This document shows, in pieces, positions 7,315 through 15,204 of a stretch of 41,363 nt of DNA. Made by a program: the position numbers and the translations under genes. The notes under the pieces were generated by a model that was not told where the DNA came from, did no database searches, and saw nothing but the letters and a program-made list of their open reading frames with translations. Position 1 is the first letter of the stretch. Each line of letters starts with the position of its first letter. The stretch covers positions 1 to 41,363 of the forward strand of contig JAGLYZ010000002.1 in NCBI GenBank assembly GCA_023131895.1, read 5' to 3'. The DNA is from Candidatus Parcubacteria bacterium. GTDB lineage: Bacteria; Patescibacteriota; Minisyncoccia; Minisyncoccales; JAGMDC01.

Positions 7315-8873
7315 TGTTTTCTGTATTTATTTTATTATTTTTTTTAATACCATTTCTTTGGTTTATTCGGACAACCAAGGCTGTTTTGTTTTGGTTTTAT
7401 CTTTGGCAATTAAAAGAATATCATATTCACAGATTTAAAGCTCATTTTCAAACATATAAAGGAAAACACCTCATATTTAACAAGCTTTTACTTCTAAAAA
7501 TTATTTTATTACTTAGTTTTCTCTTTTCCAGCGTCCTCGTTGGCATTCAATTGCTTAATTTTGTGGTATTGCTTCCTTTGATTCTTTTTTTCTTGTATTT
7601 ACTTGAGGCGGTTAAAACTCTGAAAGATTTTTTTCAAAAGAAATTAAAAAAGCCAGTTCTTACTAAAAAAACTATACCAATTTTAGTTTTCACTTTTATC
7701 TTATTTACTTTCATTCCTATTTTTTTATGGCAGAAAGTAACATTGAGTCAGGTTATTTATGACTATCCTCCTTTACATAGGTTTTGTTTCTGGCTTTTAC
7801 TGATTGACGTTCTTGTTCCAGTAATTGTTTCTTTAATCGTTTTTGTTTTCCAGCCATTTACAGTTTTATTGAGAAACAGGATTTTAGAAAAGGCAAAGAA
7901 AAAAAAAGAAAGTTTTAAAAAGCTTTTAGTCATTGGGATTACTGGCAGTTATGGTAAAACCTCAACAAAAGAATTTTTATACACAATTTTATCTAAAAAA
8001 TATAGGGTCTTGAAAACCAAAGAGCATCAGAATTCAGAGATTGGAATCTCTAATTGTATTTTAAATGATTTAAAGCCAGAACATCAGATTTTCATCTGTG
8101 AAATGGGCGCTTATAATAGGGGAGGAATAAAACTTTTATGTGATATTGCCAAACCAAAAATAGGAGTTTTAACCGGCATTAATGAACAGCATTTAGCAAC
8201 TTTTGGCTCCCAAGAGAATATTATTCGCGCTAAATTTGAGCTGATTGAGAGTTTGCCAAAAGATGGGATAGCATTTTTTAACGCTAAAAATGAATATTGT
8301 GTTGAGCTTTATGAAAAAACCCGGATTAAAAAAATACTCTATGGCAAGGAAGCTGTTTTTTCTGGACAGGAAAACATTTTAGGAGCTATGGCTGTAGCAA
8401 AAGAAATAGGAATGAACAAAAAAGATATTTTAAGCGTCTGTGGAAAAATTAAAGATAAGATTGCAGGAATAGAACTAAAAAAGGGAACAAATGGCTTGAA
8501 TATTATTGATGCCACATATTCCGCTAATCCTGATAGTGTAATTTCCCATTTAGAATATTTGAAAACTTGGGATGGACGAAAAGTTTTAGTGATGCCTTGT
8601 TTAATTGAGTTAGGAAAAGCGTCTAAACAAGTCCATCAAAGAATTGGCAAAAAAATCGCAGAGGTCTGCAATTTAGCAATTATTACTACAAAAGAATGTT
8701 TTGATGATATTAAAAAATTTGAAAAAATTAGCGTAGGCAGTAAAAGTCAAATTTTATTTTTAGAAGATTCGAAAAAGATTTTTGAAAAAATAAAAGATTT
8801 TGATAAAAAAGAAGATATAATACTTTTAGAAAGCCGAGTGCCAAAAGAGTTGCTTGAATTATTAAATATATGA
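7314..8873 (+). CDS. murF: UDP-MurNAc-tripeptide--D-Ala-D-Ala ligase (MurF) with an N-terminal polytopic membrane domain
   Basis: Mur-ligase P-loop GITGSYGKTSTKEF (aa 208-221) and the MurF-type motif IDATYSANPDS. The first ~190 aa are about 5 hydrophobic helices in place of the usual soluble N-terminal domain. Confidence 0.8.
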   Translation: MFSVFILLFFLIPFLWFIRTTKAVLFWFYLWQLKEYHIHRFKAHFQTYKGKHLIFNKLLLLKIILLLSFLFSSVLVGIQLLNFVVLLPLILFFLYLLEAVKTLKDFFQKKLKKPVLTKKTIPILVFTFILFTFIPIFLWQKVTLSQVIYDYPPLHRFCFWLLLIDVLVPVIVSLIVFVFQPFTVLLRNRILEKAKKKKESFKKLLVIGITGSYGKTSTKEFLYTILSKKYRVLKTKEHQNSEIGISNCILNDLKPEHQIFICEMGAYNRGGIKLLCDIAKPKIGVLTGINEQHLATFGSQENIIRAKFELIESLPKDGIAFFNAKNEYCVELYEKTRIKKILYGKEAVFSGQENILGAMAVAKEIGMNKKDILSVCGKIKDKIAGIELKKGTNGLNIIDATYSANPDSVISHLEYLKTWDGRKVLVMPCLIELGKASKQVHQRIGKKIAEVCNLAIITTKECFDDIKKFEKISVGSKSQILFLEDSKKIFEKIKDFDKKEDIILLESRVPKELLELLNI

Positions 8874-9955
8874 ATAGTATGTTAAAAGTCAAAGAAATTA
8901 TTCAAAAAGAAATTTGGGAGGATTTTCTTTTAGGATGTGATGAAAAGACATTTCTGGATTCTTGGAATTGGGGAGAGTTTCAAAAAAAAATGGGCCAAAA
9001 AATTTGGCGCTTTGGAATTTACTTGTCCGCCGAAGCTTTAGCGAAGGAGGATGAAGTATCTAATCTCCTTACAGTAGCTTTGGTGATTAAAATTCAGGCA
9101 AAAAGAGGATCATTTTTGCTTGTGCCGCACGGACCCGTAATTAAGATTAATAAAGGACGGGCTTCTGTAATTACAGAAGCCCGTCCTTTGAAAGCTTTAT
9201 TAGACAAATTAAAAGAGATTGCCAAACAAGAAAAATGCAGTTTTATTAGGATAAGTCCGGTGTTTCAGAAAAATCAAGAAAATATTAAAGTTTTTAAAGA
9301 TTTAGGTTTTAGACAAGCGCCAATACATATGCATCCTGAAGCGAGCTGGAAATTAGATATTTCAGAGTCAGAACAAGAACTTTTAATGAATATGCGGAAA
9401 ACAACCCGTTATTTAATTAAACAGGCCCAAAAAAATAAAGATCTTGAAATAATTCAAAGCAGCAACATAAAAGATATTGAAATTTTTAACAAACTTTATC
9501 AAAAAGTGGTTAAATCCCAGCATTTTATCCCTTTTTCTTTAGATTATTTAAAGCAGGAGTTTTTGTCATTTCAGCAGGATAATCAAATATCTTTGTTTTT
9601 TGTAAAATATAATAAAGAAATAATTGCTTCAGCATTTGTGCTTTTTTGGTCAAAGATTGGTTTTTATCATCACGCGGCTTTATCTCCGAAATATCACAAA
9701 ATCCCGGCTGCATATCTTTTACAATGGGAAGCGATAAAAGAAGCAAAAAAGAGAGGATGTGTTTTATATGATTTTTGGGGCTATGTTAATCCAAAAGACC
9801 AGCCCAGGCATCCGTGGGCAGGGCCAACATTATTTAAAATGGGATTTGGAGGAAAAGCGTATGAATATGTCAAAACCCAGGATTTGGTTTTATCGCCGAA
9901 ATATTGGCTCACTTATATTATTGAAAAAATAAGAAAAACAAAACGCGGACTTTGA
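8870..9955 (+). CDS. FemAB-family peptidoglycan interpeptide-bridge aminoacyltransferase
   Basis: Typical FemX/FemAB N-terminus (FLDSWNWGEFQKKMGQKIW), MRKTTRYLIKQA, and a C-terminal PTLFKMGFGG. ATGA overlap with murF. Confidence 0.8.
   Translation: MNSMLKVKEIIQKEIWEDFLLGCDEKTFLDSWNWGEFQKKMGQKIWRFGIYLSAEALAKEDEVSNLLTVALVIKIQAKRGSFLLVPHGPVIKINKGRASVITEARPLKALLDKLKEIAKQEKCSFIRISPVFQKNQENIKVFKDLGFRQAPIHMHPEASWKLDISESEQELLMNMRKTTRYLIKQAQKNKDLEIIQSSNIKDIEIFNKLYQKVVKSQHFIPFSLDYLKQEFLSFQQDNQISLFFVKYNKEIIASAFVLFWSKIGFYHHAALSPKYHKIPAAYLLQWEAIKEAKKRGCVLYDFWGYVNPKDQPRHPWAGPTLFKMGFGGKAYEYVKTQDLVLSPKYWLTYIIEKIRKTKRGL
9152..9189. repeat. In-CDS 38-bp perfect palindrome
   Basis: AAAGGACGGGCTTCTGTAAT|TACAGAAGCCCGTCCTTT is exactly self-complementary, with a GC-rich outer stem. 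It is in-frame in the FemAB-like gene (encodes KGRASVITEARPL). Confidence 0.9.
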
Positions 9956-10059
9956 AATGTATCCATTTTTTCACGATCGTGAGATTTTGGACGAAATTTA
10001 ATCTTAAATTTTAGGAGAAGAGGGGTTTTCTTAAATCTCATTAAAAAATTTTTCATTAT

Positions 10060-10818
10060 ATGAAAAAAAGTCAATACTTTAGAGAACCGCATAGGATAAA
10101 AAGAAAAAAATCTTTGCTAAAAAACAAGTTTTTTTGGATTGGAATTTTGGTTCTGGCAATAGTTGTTTTGCTTTCTTACTTTTTATTTTTTCATTCATTT
10201 TTTAAAATAGACAAGATAGAGATTTCCGGCAATGAGAAATTAAAAACAGAACAAATTGAAAACTTAATAGAAAAAAATAAAAATATTTTTTTGTTTAATA
10301 CAGAAAAAAATAAAAATAAAATTTTAGAAAATTTTCCTGAAGTTGTAGAAATTTATATAGAAAAAGATTTTCCAAGAAGCATCAAAATTCAGGTTGAAGA
10401 AAGAAAACCAGTAGCTGTTTTTTGTCAAAACCAAGAGTATTTTTTTATTGATAAAAAAGGGATTGTTTATGAAAAAGCAGAATCAAACAGTATGCTTAAA
10501 ATAAAAAATTTAACGTTTGATAGAGAATTAGAATTAGGCAATGAAGTTTTAGCGGAAAATGAATTAAAACAGATTTTATATATACAATCAAGGATAGAAG
10601 ATGATTTAGAAATCCAAATTGAATTAGCTGAGATTGTCTCTGCTTCAAGATTAAATATTCAGATATCTGAAGGATGGCAGATTTATTTTAATACTCAAAG
10701 AGCTCTTGATTGGCAGCTCACTGAATTAAAACTGGTTTTAGAAAAAAAAATCCCTCAAGAAAAAAGAGAGGGATTAGAATATATTGATTTAAGATTTGAA
10801 AAAGTTTATTACAAGTGA
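10060..10818 (+). CDS. ftsQ: Cell division protein FtsQ/DivIB (POTRA domain)
   Basis: Basic N-terminus, a single TM helix, then a POTRA-like segment (IDKIEISGNEKLKTEQIENL) and an FtsQ-type beta domain. Confidence 0.75.
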   Translation: MKKSQYFREPHRIKRKKSLLKNKFFWIGILVLAIVVLLSYFLFFHSFFKIDKIEISGNEKLKTEQIENLIEKNKNIFLFNTEKNKNKILENFPEVVEIYIEKDFPRSIKIQVEERKPVAVFCQNQEYFFIDKKGIVYEKAESNSMLKIKNLTFDRELELGNEVLAENELKQILYIQSRIEDDLEIQIELAEIVSASRLNIQISEGWQIYFNTQRALDWQLTELKLVLEKKIPQEKREGLEYIDLRFEKVYYK

Positions 10819-10824
10819 TTTTAT

Positions 10825-12579
10825 TTATTCAATGTAGTATACAAAGATGGAATAGCCGATTTTGGTAATAGGCTGGTATTTGTCAAGCCAGCGATAATGG
10901 TTTGAGGGCTGGTCAAAGCCCTTAACTGGTTCAGCTCTGCCGCCTTGCAAAGAGTTCACTGAAACAGCTAAATAATTTGTTTTTAACATATCATTAAGAT
11001 CTTGCGTGCCATGCCATGGGACGTATTTTTCTTTTAGATAGTATTCAGGATTGCCTCCGCCAAAATAATCAAGGTAAATTTTATTTACATTATTATCATC
11101 ACACCATTTTTTCAAGCGCTTTAAGTCCTGACCCCAATCAAGATTTGAATCAGTAACATATAAATATCCATTATCAGGTCCGCTAGCTAATTCATTAAAG
11201 TAAGCAAGAAAATGAGGAGAAACAGCCATTACTGAACCTGCCTGCCAGAAAATTAAAACAGCCAATATGCCATATTTTATTTTTAAAAATGGTTCTTTTA
11301 AATATTTTGTTATTGCTATGCTTATTAAAATAAAAATAAAAGGAAAAGTTGGCAGCAAATGGCGCACTCCAATATTTAAATTAGATGTTAAGCTTGTTGC
11401 CCAATAAATAATAATAAATAAAAGCATTGAAAATTCAGCAAAATGAGATTTTATCCATTCTTTGATTCTTTGAAATGGTTTTTTCCAAAATGGTTCCCTG
11501 ATATGCCAAGCCAGGCCTAAGAGAGCGATAATGGATAAAATATGAAGAGTTAGGGGTTCTTTAATTGAATAAACAACAGGGAAATAGGTTTTCCATCCAG
11601 CAGCTGAAATCTCTCCAAGAAAATAAGTTGTATTTCCAGTAGTGCTTCTATTAAGAACCATTATTATGCCTAAAAAGTATTGGGAAAACGGCCTTGTTGC
11701 CGGATTGGAGATCATTGCTATGTTTAAATCTGCTAATGGTTTAGGAACAGTTGTTGTGGAAAGAAGAAATTCAGTATCTCTTATCTGTTTTTCAATCGGG
11801 TAATTTAGAATGTGGTATTGATAGACAGGCCAGACAATAAAAATCATTCCAATTATTAAGACAAGAAAAGATAAAGCAATATATTTAAGCAGCTTCTTTT
11901 CATATAAGGCATAAATTAAAGTTATAATCCCAAAAAAAGGAAGCAATAAAATTAAAGAAAATTTTAAAAGCATTGAAACACCAAATGCCAAGCCGGCTAA
12001 AACTATGTTCTTTTTTACTGGTTCTTTCAAGAATTTTAACCAGAAACAAGTTGCTAAAACAACTCCAAAAGCAGCTCCAACATCAGTAGTTACTAATCTT
12101 CCATGGGCCAAGAAGGTAGGCGAGAAAGAAAATAGAAATAGAGCCAATAAAGCTGCTTTGTTTCCAAAGCTGTTTTTTGTCCATAAAAAAATCAATAATC
12201 CCAAAAGAACTAAAAGTAAAATCATTGGCAGGCGGGACCAAAACAAGATTTTGTCAGGATCATTTTCAGAATGGTATAGGAATTGGTTTCCGAAGTCAAA
12301 TTGAAGCCACCAAACAGGATTTCCTTCCTGTATCCAGGAACTGTGGTCTTTGGGAAAATTAAGATCTAAAAAGAGAAGCGGGAAAGCGGCTAAGTCCTTT
12401 ATTAAAGGCGGATGTTCAGCGTTTAAACGGTAATCTTTTTGAGTTAAGTATGAATAGCCGGAAGGAATATGAGAAACTTCATCAAAGGTTAATGTATCAT
12501 CTTTGATGCTTAAAAAAGCAGTAAAAAACATTACAAATAACAGTATGCCGGCAATAATGTAAGTAATTTTATTAGACAT
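10825..12579 (-). CDS. GT39/ArnT-like polyprenyl-phosphate-dependent glycosyltransferase (membrane)
   Basis: 584 aa with more than 10 TM helices. The first loop is DTLTFDEVSHIPSGYSY...EHPPLIK, typical of the PMT/ArnT (GT-C) family, and there is a C-terminal soluble domain. Confidence 0.8.
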   Translation of the reverse strand: MSNKITYIIAGILLFVMFFTAFLSIKDDTLTFDEVSHIPSGYSYLTQKDYRLNAEHPPLIKDLAAFPLLFLDLNFPKDHSSWIQEGNPVWWLQFDFGNQFLYHSENDPDKILFWSRLPMILLLVLLGLLIFLWTKNSFGNKAALLALFLFSFSPTFLAHGRLVTTDVGAAFGVVLATCFWLKFLKEPVKKNIVLAGLAFGVSMLLKFSLILLLPFFGIITLIYALYEKKLLKYIALSFLVLIIGMIFIVWPVYQYHILNYPIEKQIRDTEFLLSTTTVPKPLADLNIAMISNPATRPFSQYFLGIIMVLNRSTTGNTTYFLGEISAAGWKTYFPVVYSIKEPLTLHILSIIALLGLAWHIREPFWKKPFQRIKEWIKSHFAEFSMLLFIIIYWATSLTSNLNIGVRHLLPTFPFIFILISIAITKYLKEPFLKIKYGILAVLIFWQAGSVMAVSPHFLAYFNELASGPDNGYLYVTDSNLDWGQDLKRLKKWCDDNNVNKIYLDYFGGGNPEYYLKEKYVPWHGTQDLNDMLKTNYLAVSVNSLQGGRAEPVKGFDQPSNHYRWLDKYQPITKIGYSIFVYYIE

Positions 12580-12587
12580 ATTTATAT

Positions 12588-12710
12588 TCAGAATAAATTA
12601 GATAGTAAGTTTAAAATAAGACCAAAAGCTAATTCCCAAAATATTGAGAAAGCTATAACGCTGATAACAGCTATCAAAATAAGTAATAATAGTTTTTGTT
12701 TATTCATCAT
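12588..12710 (-). CDS. Possible 40-aa hydrophobic micro-protein between the two GT39 genes
   Basis: Manual translation gives MMNKQKLLLLILIAVISVIAFSIFWELAFGLILNLLSNLF*. The start overlaps the stop of the upstream GT39 gene (ATGATGAATAA). No Shine-Dalgarno site; it is too short for the ORF track. Confidence 0.3.
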   Translation of the reverse strand: MMNKQKLLLLILIAVISVIAFSIFWELAFGLILNLLSNLF

Positions 12711-14259
12711 TGATTTTATAAACCCAAACTGAATCCTCGTTTGCTAACTCTCCTTTAGGAAAAGCAGTTTGAAGCTCTTGAATTGTTTTTTCATTATTAT
12801 CCATCAAAACTATAACTGTCTGCCTTTTATCCGGTTTTATCGCGTTTAAATTATCTTGAAAGACATAGCCTGTCCTTATCTCTTTATTCTTTGTTTTTTC
12901 AATAAAAACAATAGTCTCAACAGGCAATGGAAGATGCGGGCCTGATTCATTTACAATAACATATTTTTGCGTTTCTTCTGAAACAGAATTTAAATACATT
13001 CCAATTTCTACGCATTCTTTTGAAAAGGATCTTTCTACTTCTGGATTTTTCCCCCAGAAAATAAAATATCTGTAATATTGTGTAAAGACAAAAGAAATTA
13101 CTAATAAAACAGAAGCTAGGATTATTAAATAATAAACCCAATCTTTCTTTTTATCTTTTAAAAGATTCTTAGATTTTCTATAAACAAACTCTCCTCCTAT
13201 ACCAACAAAGATAAAAGCGAAAGGAATAGCTCCAATGCATCTTAGAGAATGTGGGATGCCTTCATAGGTTAAGATGCCTGGAACCAGCATTATAAAAAAA
13301 CTAAAGACTAGAAATGAGAAAGGAAAAAATGATTTTTTTAGGATTTTTTTAAAGCTTAAAATCAAGCCGATTAAAAATAATATTCCCACTGGCCAGAATA
13401 AAACAGGGGAGCCGGAAATATTATGGCGCCAATTATAATCGCCCGCAATATTAAACATTGCTGAATGGATAATAAAGCTCTTTCCTAATTCCTTAATCGG
13501 CTCTGGTTGGGAAAAAATTGAAATTCCAGTAGTCCTGCTTACAAAATTTTCAGGGTTTTCAAGGAAATAAAATCCAATAGGCGCGGCAATAATAAAAGTA
13601 AAAAGTAAAAATGAAGAAGTAAAAACCAGGAATTCTTTTTGCAGGTTTTGCTTTCTGTAAATCAACCACCACAAAATAAGAATTACAGGGATAATTAGAA
13701 CAGCTAATCTAAAAGCAATATAAGTATGGAAGCCCAAGCCAAAGATTATGCCGGCAATTATAAAATAAGAGATCTTCTTTGTTCTAAAACCTTTAAATAA
13801 AAAATAAAAAGAAAAGGTTAGGACAAAAGGAACTAAAATAGCCCTAAAGCCGATATGAGAGAAATTAATATGCCATAAGCTTGTCGCTAAAAAGAAAGAA
13901 GCAAAAAGAGCAATACACCGAGAACGGTTCTCGGTGTATTGAGAAAACAATTCCTTTGTTAAAAGATAAAGGCCGAGAACAGTGAGAATGCCGAAAAAAG
14001 CAGAAACAACCTTAAATGACCAAATACTTATGCCAAAAACAGAAAAAGACAGAGCGATTAGATTAATGAATAATCCTTCTCTGCCATTGTTTTCCGGGTA
14101 AAATATTTTTCCAGGTTCAGTAATTGCTTGATTGGCGTTGATAGCTTCATCAGGATAAATTCCAGGCGGAATTGTCTCTATCTGCCATAACCGGAAAAAA
14201 ACAGCTAGGGCAATAATCAATAAAAGCAAAATTAAAAGTTTTGAACTTTTTGGCAACAT
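12700..14259 (-). CDS. GT39/ArnT-like glycosyltransferase (second copy)
   Basis: 519 aa and polytopic. The N-terminal loop PPGIYPDEAINANQA is characteristic of ArnT/GT39-family proteins. Confidence 0.8.
   Translation of the reverse strand: MLPKSSKLLILLLLIIALAVFFRLWQIETIPPGIYPDEAINANQAITEPGKIFYPENNGREGLFINLIALSFSVFGISIWSFKVVSAFFGILTVLGLYLLTKELFSQYTENRSRCIALFASFFLATSLWHINFSHIGFRAILVPFVLTFSFYFLFKGFRTKKISYFIIAGIIFGLGFHTYIAFRLAVLIIPVILILWWLIYRKQNLQKEFLVFTSSFLLFTFIIAAPIGFYFLENPENFVSRTTGISIFSQPEPIKELGKSFIIHSAMFNIAGDYNWRHNISGSPVLFWPVGILFLIGLILSFKKILKKSFFPFSFLVFSFFIMLVPGILTYEGIPHSLRCIGAIPFAFIFVGIGGEFVYRKSKNLLKDKKKDWVYYLIILASVLLVISFVFTQYYRYFIFWGKNPEVERSFSKECVEIGMYLNSVSEETQKYVIVNESGPHLPLPVETIVFIEKTKNKEIRTGYVFQDNLNAIKPDKRQTVIVLMDNNEKTIQELQTAFPKGELANEDSVWVYKINDE
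13911..13941. repeat. In-CDS 31-nt perfect palindrome CAATACACCGAGAAC-G-GTTCTCGGTGTATTG
   Basis: 15+1+15 perfect hairpin palindrome with the same core as 6624-6644. It is in-frame in the minus-strand GT39 gene (encodes YTENRSRCI). Confidence 0.9.
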
Positions 14260-14302
14260 TACTATATTCTATCATATTGCGCAAAAAAGAAACAACGAAT
14301 TC

Positions 14303-14331
14303 TTGACCTTCGGTTTTTAGTTTGATATAAT
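14303..14331 (+). promoter_or_regulatory. Near-consensus sigma70 promoter of grpE (TTGACC-17-TGaTATAAT)
   Basis: TTGACC at 14303-14308, a 17-nt spacer, an extended -10 TG at 14323-14324, and TATAAT at 14326-14331. The ATG at 14338 is the 7th nt after the -10 hexamer, which predicts a leaderless mRNA. Confidence 0.6.
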
Positions 14332-14337
14332 AAATTT

Positions 14338-14838
14338 ATGGAAGAAAAAAAGGATACTGAAGAAAAAGATAAGACCGAAAATATTGAAAAAAAGGAGTTA
14401 GAAAAATGTGAAAAGCAAAAAGAGGAATATTTAGCCGGGTGGCAGAGAGCCCGGGCCGATTTTTTGAATTACAAAAAAGAGGAGATGGAAAGAATTGCCG
14501 GGATAGTGTTTTATTCTCAAGAGGGAATGATTCTGAAAATTTTACCAATTTTAGATAATTTTGATTTGGTGGAAAAAAAACTGCCGCAGGAATTAAAAGA
14601 CGATACTAATGTAGAAGGTATGCTCCAAATAAAAAATCATTTTCATGATTTCTTGAAAAATTATGGCATAGAAGTAATGAAAGTGCTTGGAGAAAAGTTT
14701 GATCCGAATTTCCATGAAGCGGTTGAGCAAATAGAAGCAAAAGGCAAAGAAAAAGGCATTATTGTAGAAGAAATCCAAAAGGGCTACTTAATTCAAAACA
14801 AAGTTTTAAGAGCAGCAAAGGTAAAGGTCGCAAAGTAA
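14338..14838 (+). CDS. grpE: Nucleotide exchange factor GrpE
   Basis: Acidic/Lys-rich N-terminus, the signature AGWQRARADFLNYKKE, and a C-terminal FDPNFHEAV...G.IVEE.QKGY. Confidence 0.9.
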   Translation: MEEKKDTEEKDKTENIEKKELEKCEKQKEEYLAGWQRARADFLNYKKEEMERIAGIVFYSQEGMILKILPILDNFDLVEKKLPQELKDDTNVEGMLQIKNHFHDFLKNYGIEVMKVLGEKFDPNFHEAVEQIEAKGKEKGIIVEEIQKGYLIQNKVLRAAKVKVAK

Positions 14839-14842
14839 GAAT

Positions 14843-14877
14843 CATTCTAACATATTAACATTTAAACATATAAACAT
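14843..14877 (+). repeat. Four tandem 8-nt AACAT repeats immediately upstream of the DUF3467 gene
   Basis: cattCTAACATA TTAACATT TAAACATA TAAACATA tg, with a period of 8 nt. The same repeat type occurs at 17351-17431. Confidence 0.8.
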
Positions 14878-15180
14878 ATGGAACAGCAACAAAAACAAAT
14901 TCAAATTAAAGCCAAAGACGAGGATATAAAAGGCGTTTATTCCAATCTAATGCAGGTAGTCCATACAAAAGAAGAATTTATTCTTGACTTCTTTTTAGCC
15001 TCGCCTCCGCAAGGAGTTCTTTCTTCAAGAGTAATAATGAGCCCAGGCCATGTTAAAAGAATGCTTAAGGCTTTTGAAGAAAACTTGAAGAAATACGAAG
15101 ATAAATTCGGCAAGATTGAAGAGGCAAAAGCGCCAGACACAAAAGAAGAAGGCGAAAGCAAAATCGGCTTTACAGTGTAG
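14878..15180 (+). CDS. DUF3467-family protein
   Basis: 100 aa. The core GVYSNLMQVVHTKEEFILDFF...SRVIMSPGHVKRMLKAFEENLKKYEDKFG matches my recollection of the DUF3467 family pattern. Confidence 0.6.
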   Translation: MEQQQKQIQIKAKDEDIKGVYSNLMQVVHTKEEFILDFFLASPPQGVLSSRVIMSPGHVKRMLKAFEENLKKYEDKFGKIEEAKAPDTKEEGESKIGFTV

Positions 15181-15204
15181 AAATATCAGGTAGATGACTG
15201 ATTG

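Noticed and set aside
9956-10059. Structured ncRNA in the FemAB-ftsQ spacer (TGAGATTT/AAATCTCA outer stem, AAATTTAA-TC-TTAAATTT inner palindrome)
   Set aside because: The stems are short and AT-rich and match no known family motif. This most likely reflects terminator or promoter sequence. Only the TCACGATCGTGA palindrome was kept as a finding.
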